Shown here: positions 12,781-24,817 of the stretch, in pieces
Layout: the number at the start of each line of letters is the position of its first letter
Position numbering within the stretch: the first letter of the stretch is position 1
Assembly: GCA_030704615.1 (NCBI GenBank)
Contig: CM060734.1
Location: 5,642,001 to 5,706,000 of the forward strand
Length of the DNA stretch: 64,000 nucleotides
Reading direction: 5' to 3'
DNA from: Takakia lepidozioides
Taxonomy: Eukaryota > Plantae > Bryophyta
Notes under the pieces: model-generated
Told to the model about the DNA's origin: nothing
The model's database searches: none
Seen by the model: the letters and a program-made list of their open reading frames with translations, nothing else
Position numbers and translations under genes: made by a program

Positions 12781-14517
12781 TACCTAGGGACTGACCAGGA
12801 TATCTCAGCCAAATTGATTTGCTCTTACTGTTTTCTTCTTTTTTTGGAAACCGCACTTGGTAGGTCCTGTTCTTGCCTCTGTGTATCCGATGAGTCAGGA
12901 TCAATGTCTAAATCATGGTTAAATCACCCTGTTCATCTGGATCTTCGCATTCCTCTCGGTTGTACAGTATGATCATGATGACAAATCCTTTTCGACTTTG
13001 TTGGGCAGATACCCATAGATCCTCAACTGTGAACCTAGCTGCTTGGCTCGAAGCCCAAAGGGTTCAATCGTGTTATATATATGGAGTCATGGAGTAACAC
13101 GTAGGTCCGTTTCCAACGGACTCACGTGTGAACTACTGGGGCTGTTCCCTTCTTGTATCCGTGATCGGCGCTTTCGAGTGTTGCTTAGTGCTCTCGGTCA
13201 GCTTTAGAGCTGCCCAATGCATTTTGACGTCTTTGTTTTCGGAAGTCAGTGAGTGTGTCCAAGCGTACGACGACCTGGTTTCTTATGTAGGAGACCAGCA
13301 GATACCTAGTCCCCAGACTGTCTGGACGGTGGAGGTGGGGCAGCCCAGCGCAGGAGCGAAAGGGAAGGGAGGTGGGTATGGAATAGCAAAAAGACCATGA
13401 ACGTAGGCCCAGGACATCAGTACAGGACTGAGTTAAAAATCATGGTTTTGGCCTGGGCCCCAAGACCGGGGTGCCTGGGCCGCAGGGCACCTGGCCTGCA
13501 GCTCGGGCTAGCCGGGCTTCATGTCCTGGACACTGCGGGGTAGGTGGGGGAAAGTATTCAATCAATTCTTGTGGAATTATATAGCCGTGGAAAAATAGAT
13601 TGGGTGGATGTCACCGTGTGATACTTGCTGTCTGATTCTACGTTGTGGTTTCAATTGGTGTGGCAGGCTTCAGAGGTGTTCACTTCGATGAATACAGTGT
13701 TCAAACATGCTGGCATCCAGACAATAGGAAAGGGCTCTCAAGTGAGACATGCTGCTGCAATTTTCGGTGGCCAGCGAAATCCCAAGGAGCGACGTGTTGC
13801 TCGCAAGCACTAACACCCCCTCAGCTGTTCTCTTTGGTTTGGTGGTAGATCGTTGTTTCCACTCCTTGAAAGAGCTATACTGCGTTGCAGTGTCCAGATG
13901 TAATGCCTGCTTTTTGCCATGCAGAAGACGTGATTGAATCCTGTAGAGTTTCTTACTGATGGGTCATACTGGGTGGTATGGCAACCCAGCTACAGGCAGA
14001 ATTTAGCTTGCTGGAAATGGATGATTAAAAACTGCTCATCTTCCAACATTAGGCAGTACTCCCTTGGGTGAACTGAAGTACCTAAAAAAATTGCATGCAA
14101 GTCTAGGAGATTCTGTCATATCTGTGGTGGTCATTTATGAATGAACTGAATTTCCTGGTTGCACTATGGAGAAGTTGACCCCTTTCTCTTCCAGGGAAAG
14201 CCCACGAATTCCTACAAGGTGTCCAATGTGCAAGATGGATGTGAATTGTGAGGGAAAATTCTCATCAAATGGGAATTACAGATACCCAGGGAATCTTGTT
14301 AGCATGCGATAGTTGATCATTCATCTTGAACAAGGTTGTATAACTGCATTGATTCCAGAGATGAATGAATTAGTCAGGCGTGTGAAAAGGGTCCATATTT
14401 AAAGTCTTGTAGATGATGGCTGGCTTCCACATGAAACGTTCAAGCATCCATTGTAATCCTTGTTGAGGGTGAAGACTGATGTACTTCCATCCAACTGCTG
14501 AATTTTTTTGGAATTAC

Positions 14518-14703
14518 CTCTTCTTCACCATAGGAGTGTCGCCGTCGGTGAGTGGGCTTTTCAGTGACAGGGGCAGGGGTGTTTGATATTTTGGTAGAGA
14601 TAAGAATAAGTTTCGTTAGCCGCTGAATTTGCCACATGAGTGCAGCCTTGGCTTGTTCATCTTTTTCTAATGGGGACTGCATGTTCAATTGCCCAGCGTC
14701 CAA
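14518..14703 (-). pseudogene. Captured single exon of a kinesin-7 (KIN7C/D/E-like) gene
   Basis: LDAGQLNMQSPLEKDEQAKAALMWQIQRLTKLILISTK...HRRRHSYGEEE matches the plant kinesin-7 post-motor coiled coil. Bounded by AG acceptor and GT donor. Confidence 0.85.
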
Positions 14704-14729
14704 CTATTACCCCACAACCCCAAAAACAT

Positions 14730-15074
14730 AAATATAGCTCTCCAAAGCATTTGTACCACCACACCCATGCTTGGTAAATCCTGCTAACATTACATTCCAC
14801 GTGATCAAAGATCGTTGAGGAATTATGTGGAACACTTGGTGAGCATCCATGATGCTCCCACACTTAACGTACATGTTGACAAGGGTGTTGTGTAGAAAAA
14901 CGTTTGGCTTGAATCCACTATCGATAATGTGACCTGCTTTCCGGCTTCCAGGCCTTTCATCTTGATGCACATATGCAAGAGACGGACATACATCTCTGAA
15001 TCTGCTGAAATTCCTCCTTGATTTAAAATCTGTAGAGCCTCTATCAGTCTGCCTGCCTCACAAAGCATCTTCAC
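14730..15074 (-). pseudogene. Captured PLS-class pentatricopeptide repeat fragment
   Basis: LCEAGRLIEALQIL...YVRLLHMC...GKQV / HIIDSGFKPNVFLHNTLVNMYVKCGSIMDAHQVF...ITWNVMLAGFTKHG, with one frameshift. Confidence 0.9.
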
Positions 15075-16109
15075 AAAAGAGGCATTGGTCGACTTGCAGG
15101 GGGATGGGTAAGAGAGTCTTTTTCAACATGTGCATCCAATGTTTGGAGCCTCACAAGTGTTAACAATGTTTCAGTCCACAGCTCCCACTGACATTGACTT
15201 CATAACAATGAAACCCTAATATGCCTGCCCATAACAGATGAGCAGCTGTACAGTCCATTACAAGTGATGAAGATTGCTGTTTTGGCCAGGGGGATTGAAG
15301 ACACTTTCGGATCGTCGCACGCGGGCTTCGAGTGCTTGGGCAAGGCAAGAGACACGGAGGAGAGGAGAGAGACGAAATCGTGGCCTTCGAAATCCTACAT
15401 CAGATCTCGGCCGTTCATTTCTGGGCAGCTGACCGCAAATGCTCTAAAATTGTTCCTCAAAGTTCCCACACCTACCTCGCAGTGTCCAGGGCATGAAGCC
15501 CGGCTAGCCCGGGCTGCAGCCCAGGCACCCCTGCCCTGGTGCCAGGCCAAAACCATGATTTTTAACTCAGTCCTGTACCGATTACCTGGGCCTGCGTTCA
15601 TGGTCTTTTTGCTAATCCATAGGTGGGCTATGTAGGATCCGTCATGCGTGCAAGCCACGTTTGGGCTCAAGGATTCTCCGCAAAAACCTAGTACCGTCGC
15701 ATCCCACACGGTAACTCCTAACTCTACTGCTCACGCTCTCCACTTACTCGCCTATTACCCTTTCCCAAATCATCACACCATCCTCCACGGAATGGAATCT
15801 GCAACTCCCTACCCTCCCACCTCATATATAAATACTATGGGGAAGAGGCTCTTATTTACGCTAGCTTCGGCTGGCGTCATATATGTATATATATATATGA
15901 AGAGGAGGACACAGCTTGCCATATTTAGAAGAAGGATAAAAAAAAACAAGAAAAAAGGATAGCACAGTCTGCATTGTTTATACTTGTTTGAAAGTCTACT
16001 CCGACACTATGATGTTGGGTAGACGTCAGACATATCACTGTTCCCATCCCAGAACCCAACGACTTGTCATTGACCCACCTGCGCAAAGGAGATTCCGAGG
16101 ATGGATGGT

Positions 16110-17080
16110 ACGGAGTTCAAACCAGTGTTGGACTGGCGTATCAACCAGGGTATTAAAACGACCCTACTGGTAGCAGTGTTGGATTGGTATCGTATTTTGA
16201 ACGTGCTAGACTGGTACTAGTATAGAGACCCTACTTGGTACCAGTGTTGGACTGGTATTGTATTTTGAACGTGCTAGACTGGTACTTGTATAGAGGCTTT
16301 CGTTTGATACCAGGGTTAACCCTTAAAGGACTAGCTAACTTTTTTCACTTTTGCAGAAAAATGGTATATACCTTGACTAAACCAGCTATATCACTTTTGC
16401 CAAAAAATAGTATATACCAGTGTTAGACTGGTATATAGGGTCTGGCCAGGTATCAACCAGGGTATTGACTAACCGGCTGGTATTGGCAATTCCAATACTA
16501 GGGTTAATAACCGGGCCGACTCGTATTGCCAAAGCCAATACCCATCCAATACCCATATTATGGACAAAAACAAGGACTATACCATGGTATAGATATGAAA
16601 TTGGGCGATGCAGCCTGCCACTATTCTTCATTTTTTAGCACATGATTGATGAATATGAGGACCTCATTGCAGATGCTGGTTTATTTGACGATGAGGGTTG
16701 CAATCAAGTCTTCTTTTAACTAAGCTTGCTTCACTTTGCATACTAAAATCTGCAACGTTGTTATGTAATGCAAAGTCTGAATTTCGCCACATAATAATTA
16801 ATTTCCTTGTGAAATCAAGTATGCTTCTAAATTCAATTAAAGACATATTAATGATTAAAAATGATTTAGTGGTTATTTTAATTTTAATTTTAATTATTTA
16901 TATCCGGGTTGATAACCGGGCTGGTTTTAGATTGGAATACCCATCCTATTGATACCCGTCTGCAAATCAAAAATCATACTACTATTGAGAACCGGCGGAT
17001 ATTAAAATCAAGTGAATCTTCCAATACTATGGAACCGGCTGGTACTGAAAATTAATTTCTTTTCAATACCAGGACCCTTA
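16110..17080. mobile_element. Cluster of non-autonomous hAT-like fragments
   Basis: Dense subterminal-type repeats (CCAGTGTT(G/A)GACTGGTAT, ATCAACCAGGGTATT, AATACCC, AACCGG) and TAGGG/CAGG-type end motifs. No TSD identified. Confidence 0.4.
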
Positions 17081-17299
17081 CAGCCATCAGACCACCCTGT
17101 TGGTTGTTACAAAGGTGTCCACCTTCCTACCGGAAGGCAATAGCCCTTCTGGGTCAAGTGATACCATAAGTTACGCTTGCTTCGGCAACGCGCCCACCTT
17201 ATGATACAGCCAACAGCAGAAGTGTCATGTCAATTCACTAACACTGAGCTTGAAGCACTAAATGAGCTGGAGGAAATTTACCAGAAGTGGTCACACTCC

Positions 17300-18959
17300 A
17301 AACGAGGTATGGCAGCACCCCACATCAACATGCTGACCAGGGGGAGTGCAAAGAAGGCTAAACTGGGGGATGGGGTGTCTGTTCTGCAACAACCCACCCA
17401 AGGAGTTAGTAATCCAAAGAACAAACACGGGTTTGATGATGAGGAATGCATTGGGATGGACAATTTCTGCAGCTCAGCAGGGTTTGAACGCCAACCAGAC
17501 ATATTCATGAAGAAGAGGCAAAAACCCAGAGCCTGGATGCTTTTACTGAAGACTGCGCAGACCAACAGATAAAGGAGGATAGCTCGCAAGAGATGGAGAG
17601 TGAGCTAAGTGAGAAAATTGAGCAGGAAAGGGTGAGGCCCATGACAAAAAGAGAACAACTGGGGCTCATTAAGAAGGCAGAGAACGAACACGACAAAAGA
17701 GAATGTGATGAGAGGGAGTACACACCAACAGTTCGTGAAGAGACAGCACCAGATATATTGGACGATGTGCATGTAATGCATTACCTTACATTTGGCTCTA
17801 TCAACGAGTACTTGGACATGAATGAGATGAAGCGGGTACTGAAAAGAGCCAAAGGCTATGTGTATTGGGAAGGAAAAATTCTATACAAGGGAAAGCATGT
17901 ACCTGAGAAGAAGGAACAGTTGGGTATCATTGAAGGGATCCACCAAACCTTGGATCACTTTGGAGTGCATAGAACCCAAGTCGAGGTATGCAAACGATTT
18001 TTCTAGCACAATCACACTCAGGAGATTAGAGACACATTGAAGAAGTGCCTCCCATGTCAACAAGGGAAGACACTTGGAAGTCTTGGAGCGAAAAGATTGA
18101 AGAATACACCTATGCCCTACCTATTCTACAGAGCTATATTCGACATTATTGAGGCACTGCCTGAGACAAATGAGGGAAACAAATACGTATTAATAGCAGT
18201 TGATCCTTATTCTGAGCGGGTGGTGGCAGCACCAGTTAGTGACCACACAGCGAAATTGGCAGCAGGATTTCTGGAGGAAGAAGTCATATTCCGCTATGGA
18301 ACACCAAGGATAGTGCTCACGGACCAGGGCACTGAGTGGGGCAAGAAGTTTGAAGAAGTGTGTGCGAGGTTCGGCATACAACACAATCGATCGGCGCCCT
18401 ATTGGCCACAAAGCAATGGCATGGTGGAGCGCATCATCAAGTCAGTCAAGCAAAGCATTCGAGTTCTAAGCATACAAGGAAACAATGAGTGGGATCGTGA
18501 CCTTTACAAGGCTCTGTTTGGGTACAGAGTCGGAGTGCAGACATCAATGCGCTTCAGCCTATTCAAAGTGCTCACAGGCAGGGAGTTGCGAATGGATGTT
18601 GACGATCGGTGGGGGAGAGTCACAGAGCTAGTCGACTTACGAGACAGCGAGGAGGCCATCAACACCATGATGAAGGAGAAAGGTTGAGCTTTTGGCCCAA
18701 ATCGACGTCTCCTTGCATGAAAATGTTCTCAAGGCGCAGAAAGAACATCAAGAGAGCTATGCAGCGCGGAGGACCAGCAACTCTAAATTGGAATCACTGG
18801 AGAGCTCGTTATGATGCTCAAGCCAGGAAAACGAAAGGGAATCAAGCAGCGTGGGAAGGGCCATACACATTCCAAGGCTACAAAGACAAATCACACACTA
18901 AGGGCATGGAGGAGTTTGATCGAATATGCATGATCGAGGATACAGCTAAGAAACGATAG
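17300..18959 (+). pseudogene. Ty3/Gypsy-type integrase (HHCC, DDE core, GPY motif), disrupted
   Basis: IHQTLDHFG...CLPCQ zinc finger; IAVDPYS...VLTDQGTEW...SNGMVER catalytic core; WEGPYTF. Stop at 18004-18006 and frameshift near 18680. Confidence 0.9.
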
Positions 18960-19054
18960 ACACGATCATGCTCAAGCTAGTGCATCAGTGAAGTGAGTAT
19001 GCTGACTTGGTGAAAAGAGACTTTCACTCTAAAAAAAATGGAGTACTTTACAGC

Positions 19055-19918
19055 TGTAAGGGGAAAACCAGTGCCAAGAAAACCCTAGGGGTTTATCAAA
19101 TGGATGATGGGCGGACCGAAGTAGGATGAAGTTGGAAGGGATGAGCATGGGAAACAGCGATGAATGTGCGAGGGCCATGTGCCGATGAAGGATATGGCGA
19201 GCATGAATGAAGTTAACACTACTTCACGACGATGACGGATGAACGGATTATGAACAGTCAGCATCAAGCGGTGTTCATCGGTGGAGCAGAACGAGTGTTT
19301 TCACTAAGGAGCGCGGATGAAGTTACGAATGAATGGGCGATGGAGCAGGATGAATGCCGAGGAGATGGCGACATGCAGAGTGTTGATGCAATGCCGATCA
19401 ATGGCTGTGGGGGCGCCGCCTTGATTCAACAGGGTACATGACTAAGCAGATTTTGGTAATTACGTTTTAGGCTTAAGGATATTATCAAGCCTTCATTAGA
19501 CGCCACTTGGCCATGTATTAAACACATAGAGGGGAGGTACACCCGATACGGGTAATATGTTTAGTATTAGAAAAATCAGTTGAGCTGTGATCACAGTGCC
19601 ATGTGAAGGGCTAATCTACCAGTTTTTGAGAGTAAAAGGCAAGTAAGCAGCATGACAACAGGGTTATCATTATTATCACGACGGCAGTTCAGATGGTAGA
19701 CTGAGAGACTGAGAGACTGAGAGAGAAGGGCCGAGGATGGGAAAACCGGTCATGATGGACGGCTGATAGCAAGGGTTTAGGAGGAGATCAGGGAGGAGAT
19801 TAGGATTGTAGCTCAGTAATGCAGTAATACATACGCACACTTGGATCCATTCTTAGTGACAGAGAAGCTGAGTACCATGTCGGGTGTCTTTGTCGTGATA
19901 TAAAGAAGGATCGTAACA
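19055..19918 (+). repeat. Possible LTR downstream of the integrase
   Basis: TGTAA...TAACA-bounded non-coding block directly after the integrase. No second copy in the window. Confidence 0.3.
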
Positions 19919-20749
19919 CTTTGGAGACGGGCTTGCGTTCTTGCTGGTAGCACTAAGTCATCAAATCAATGAGTGAATCGCGAGTCCTGCATTATGAAGC
20001 ACGCGGGATCCACACCAAGAGTCACAACATTGAGAGCAACATCATAGCATAGCCGCACGGGCACTAGGAAGGAGTATAATGGGCGATCGGCGCTTATGAG
20101 AGGGTAACCAAGGGCTTAGCTGACAGAGTTAGTCATTTACGGCAAGGCTGACCGTGGATTAGATGGCAAACTGCCGAATCAACAAGTTGAACGTAGCACA
20201 ATAGAACCAATACAAGCGATAGTGTGACCATCCGAACGCTGACATGGTGAATCGTATGAACGGACTGACGGATTGCAGGTGGCCCGGGCCGCGCAACCCC
20301 ACGGGGTCACGATATCTTCTCTGAACAATGCTCACGGGCTGATAATAGGGGACGAAAAAACCATTGAGATTTCAAGTGACAAGTTACTAGGTCCAGTCTA
20401 GGTGTCATGATGTTTTCCTACTTCCGCTACGGCTTCATGTAGCATCGAAACTAGGACTGACGGGTTGTGTGATCAAGAGGGAAATGGGAGATCTATCCTG
20501 GTGGGTGTGAAACAGGACCCCCGTTTTTACTTTACAGTAGCTCTGATAGAGAGTAGCAGGAAGCCCGAGGATAACCGCCCGTGTATAGCTGAACTGGACG
20601 AGCTCATTCAGCGGGCCCTGGCGCGATTATGGCAAGAGGGTCAGGGAAGGGAGTGACGGGGTACTCATAGCGAGTAGAGGGTAGTGATAGCGGTCCGGAA
20701 AGGAGCCCGTTGAGGTCTGACCGAGCAGGCAGGATTCTTGTTAACCAGA

Positions 20750-22520
20750 ATGGTCTCCGTTTATCGCCCAACAGTGCACTTTTTGAGAAATCACTCTTTC
20801 ATTTGGTTTTTTCAATTTCTCAGTTTTGGAAATCCACGGGTCCTAGCTTTCAGGACAGTTTGGCGTCTCATTGTCTCAGACTTTGGTCCTTCAGCAATCT
20901 TCAATTGGCTTCATGGTCCCATGTCTCGGGTGTCAAGAAATGCAATGCGATCATCTCCATCACTCCTATTGTTTATCAGCTGGTGTCGGGCAGCCTCAGA
21001 TTCTGCTCACTGGTTGGGCCTCGGGACTGGCCTCCTCTTGGGTAACGCATGACAATTTTCTAGAGTTTCCTGATCCTGAGCATGATGTTGACCTGATCAT
21101 CAAAAAAAATCACTCGCTATTCTCCTCTGATCTGGGATGCTTGGCTTTGAACCCGGGGCTTACTTTACATTTTGGGTCCTACCTGGTGGATAACAAAAAC
21201 CATTCCACATTCTCCAGTCTAGGTGCTGGTGGCTTTGGATCATGTTGAGGTTACCAAACAAGGGGGAAGCATTGGGGGCTGTTGGTCCAATGGCAGCCGG
21301 ATTCCCACTGATTTTGCTGCTTTAGTGGACCCTGAAGAGCGTGTCTTAACCACTCGGGCTTTGGATGCTGGCTGTATTATGATCAAGGCCATTTTGGCCA
21401 AATCTGCAAAGCACAAGGCCAAAGGTTTGCTCATTGCAAATGAGAGTGAAGGGTACAGCTCTCATGGGGATGTTGACTTGTTCCTTAGGCCCTCTCAGGA
21501 GCTCCAGCTGGGTCTTTTGCCCCGGCGCCTCTACTTGCTGCGGATCTTCCCCCTCCGGTAACATCCCCCCCCTCCCTCTTGGCCCTACGGGGATGTTAAT
21601 GTCTCCCCTCTGGACTCCTCTCTGGCTGTGCCTCAATCAAAGGATCCTATGCTGGTACCTTTCTTTATCTCTTCTTCTCTCTTTAAAAGTAGGTGCCACC
21701 TGCTGGTATCTTCTGATCGGGTTCGCAGACTCTCCTCTTTATTTATCTCTGACTTGGATGTTTCTTGCCCTCACTCAGTCCTTTTTTATCTTGCTATCCT
21801 TCTTGGGCTTCCTGTGTTGTCAAAGAACCGACCTTCTCCACCAGGCTTAAACGACAATTCTGCCTTTCAGACCATAGCAAATCTCGCATTCTGGTAAGCT
21901 TTTGGTGGGTTTTGTTCATCTGTTGTATCCCTGGCCAGTCTCCTCTCCTCTTTTAACCTAGATCTTGGCTCTTCCTGCTCATGATAAACACACTAAGTTC
22001 TTTGCATTGCCATTCAGGCCATCTCTTCAAGGTGTTGCCTTGAGCTTGCTTATTAATCTTCCCCCATGAACTTGTCTCTCCATTCTTGGAATATTAGGGG
22101 TTTGGGTTCGGATGCTACTGCTCCTAAAAGGACTAGGCTGAAGAGATGGTGCTCCTCTCTTTCCCCAACTCTGGCGATTGTTTTTTGGCAAGAACATAAG
22201 TTAAACCTCTCAAAGATTCTCTCCCTTGGCAATCAAGTATGGCCTGCTTCTACTGCTTGGTGGAACCCCACCCACGAGGGCTCTCGGGGTGGGACGCCCA
22301 TCCTCATTAGCCCTTCTCTTCTTCCTTTGGTCTCTTCTGTTGATACCTGGCTGCCTGGTCGGGTCCAATGTCTGTTTCTTCAAGCTCCTAACCAAGCCAG
22401 GCTTTTAGGAATTATTAATGTATATGCCCCTAATTCGTAGGCTGATAGGGCTCAATTGTGGTGCCTCATTAGATCTAGGGTCCTAGCCTTAGTGGAAGTC
22501 GACCACTGGGTTCTTTGTTC
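20750..22520 (+). mobile_element. L1-type LINE 5' part: degraded ORF1 and AP-endonuclease start of ORF2
   Basis: 22066-22440 reads SWNIRGLG...WQEHKL...GGTPILIS...INVYAPN, the APE motifs. Upstream frames are ORF1-like and broken. Confidence 0.8.
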
Positions 22521-22524
22521 AGAA

Positions 22525-23160
22525 TCAGCGTTTGGCCCTAAGGGGCTCAAAATTCAAGTGTGCATGGATCTTTGAGCCCCGATTCTTCCCATGACGCCAG
22601 TTGATGTCCCTTTCTTCCACTTCAGCAAGTGAGGCCCAATGATTGGGAGAGTCACGAGTTGACTGGAGGTCGGGATGCCCAGCATGCTCGTTCGCCCTGT
22701 CTCTGACAAAGTAATCCAAGGTGCCCTTATTCGGCGTCAAATTTTGAGAGAAGGGCAGTCCTCCGCTCCTCAGAGCATCTGTATACTGTGCCCAACAAAA
22801 CCCCCCACAAATTGCGACCTTCTACCAATAAGTCAAAGAAGAGAGCAACCAAAGAAACTGTAACACAAATGGGCTTAAGATCGAAGATGAGAGCGCAGCG
22901 GGCCTTCCAAATGTGCCAGACACCCAACCCTCGAAGAGCATGCCAGACCTGACAAGACTGCCAAGGAGCAGAAGCAGAGATATTAAGAAGAATGATAAGA
23001 GGGTCCATGCAATCAAAGTTACGACAATTCATATACAAGGTATGAATCCTGGATCAGATGGAGACGGCGAAGGGACAGGTCATGAAGCAATGGTGAAAGG
23101 ATTCAATTGCCCCAAAAGAACAAGTATGTCTTTTACACAAGCAGATTCACAGGAAAAGTT
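22525..23160 (-). mobile_element. L1-type LINE ORF2 3' end (zf-RVT region), opposite strand
   Basis: CSFGAIESFHHCFMTCPFA (C..E..H.F..C) followed by GVWHIWKARCALIF. Confidence 0.8.
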
Positions 23161-24817
23161 TTATCTCACGATGGGAGGGCGGAGAACCGCCCTCCTTCGC
23201 GCCTCAGGGCTATCCTCTCCGCTATCTTCCAAGTTAGTGACCCTACTAAATTCCTTCTTCTCGTTACTATTATTTTTGCTACCTTTAGTAGTTCCGCCAA
23301 TTTAACCAAGGCTACAGACTTTAGCAAGGTTCGCCGCCATAGCTTTTCTGCTCGTCTCTCCCTCTCGCTACACTCTGTGTACTCTGTGTACCACTGCTTA
23401 TGGGCTCTACCGCACTCCCTCCTTATCCCCCACCCTGTTGCGCACATTTTGAGCTACTTCCCGCAGGTCTACCGTCCTCATTGGGCCCAGGAATCTTTGT
23501 CCAAGCATCTGCACCGCAGTGCCCACCCTAATTTGTTTTCTGAAGGGCTCGACACGCTGCTGCCAAACCACTATGAGAATATCACTATCGGGCGGATCTC
23601 TGCTTACGAACCTCGGCACTATAATGTTGCACACCTAAGCGACGAGTCGACCCCCTCTATCTGCTGGAGTCCTCTCTGGGAAGCCTGCGACCCCGTGTAC
23701 CCCCAGGTTTGCATGCTCAATGCCCCATGGAAGCTGGAGCTGTCTCGTGTAAGTCTGCTGGTTTACTACTCTTCGTATATCCAATCGACTATCAAACTAC
23801 CCACTGCTACGTTTCATCTGGTCACCCCCCAGGACTTAAGCTCGTCTACCAGGCTGTTTCTACCTTTATGGTTCCCTGCCGAGTTTTACTGGTTTGGCCC
23901 TCCATGGGTCTTGCGCTCTCTCCATTGCAACAACAGCAGTCTGCCCATCTGGAGCTGCCGTGATGCTGGATTTTACGCCATGGTTTGGGACGATGACGTC
24001 CCGCGAGGTCCCACCCCACATGCTCTTGGACTTCTTCCTAGCATCACTACCACTCTTCCTCACCAACATGGCTGTCTAGATTGGACCCCACGTACTCTTG
24101 TCTTATGTATCACCTTTACAAGGAGCCAGACAAAAGGGGGAGGAGCACTGTGTTGTAGAGTTCAGAATCACCCTCCATGCCAAAAAGGCTTCTTCCGCCT
24201 GCCTTGCATGCATGGTAAGTTGCTCCTGCACCAGACAAGAGGACATGAACAGTTTGGTGGGGGGATTTAAGCACATGGAACTGGTGAAAGAAAATCAATT
24301 CGGAAGGGAGAGAACATTGTGGACACAGAAAGATCGACCACCCGTGGAGAGTGGTGGCTGCATGACTCCAGCAGTATTTGCATGAACGCTAGGGATTTTT
24401 CCTTTGCACCTCTCCAGGGAGTGCCATTTGGTCTCTTCAGAGTCTGACTGGACTGCATGAAGTTGTACAAAATGTCATCAACATGCGGCTCATAGGGGGG
24501 GTTGACGAAACAACCCTAGTCAGAAATCTCAAAGTTGCGGATGGAGGATGGTGTCTTTGAGGTGCGAATCCTCCGCAGGCAGATCGCCTCGAACATCCTC
24601 GTCTGCCAAAGATAGCAGGTTAGTGTGGTAAACACAATCTATAGTGGAAGTGTGTACATCGGCTATTCAGAACTCAGGCATCAAACAATCATTTTTATCA
24701 CGAATCGGTGATGATTGGTGTCGATCATGACCGATTCTTCTAGAGCGGACCAAGGTAGACATAAGAGGATAAGAGGATGATCTCTAGAGATAATTGTTAC
24801 CCGCTCCAAGTACAAGG

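Larger units (their letters stand above)
13377..15621. mobile_element. Pack-type TIR element carrying captured host gene fragments
   Basis: GC-rich inverted repeats of ~160-175 bp (13377-~13552 vs ~15461-15621, ends TATGG...CCATA). GGTGGG lies directly outside both ends (13371-76, 15622-27). Interior holds kinesin and PPR fragments and no transposase. Confidence 0.8.

Noticed and set aside
15965-16617. hAT TIR pair CAGTCTGCAT / ATGCAGCCTG
   Set aside because: Only 10 bp with a mismatch and no 8-bp TSD.
20750-23160. Twin-priming LINE inversion
   Set aside because: The two LINE pieces converge, with the 3' end facing the endonuclease, which is not twin-priming geometry. No TSD was found.
23107-24270. 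387-aa plus-strand ORF
   Set aside because: No recognisable domain. It is antisense to the methylase C-terminal exons and the LINE end, so probably a shadow frame.
24701-24743. Hairpin plus CTAG as a Helitron 3' end
   Set aside because: The hairpin-to-CTAG distance is too short, there is no following T, and no matching 5' TC end was identified.
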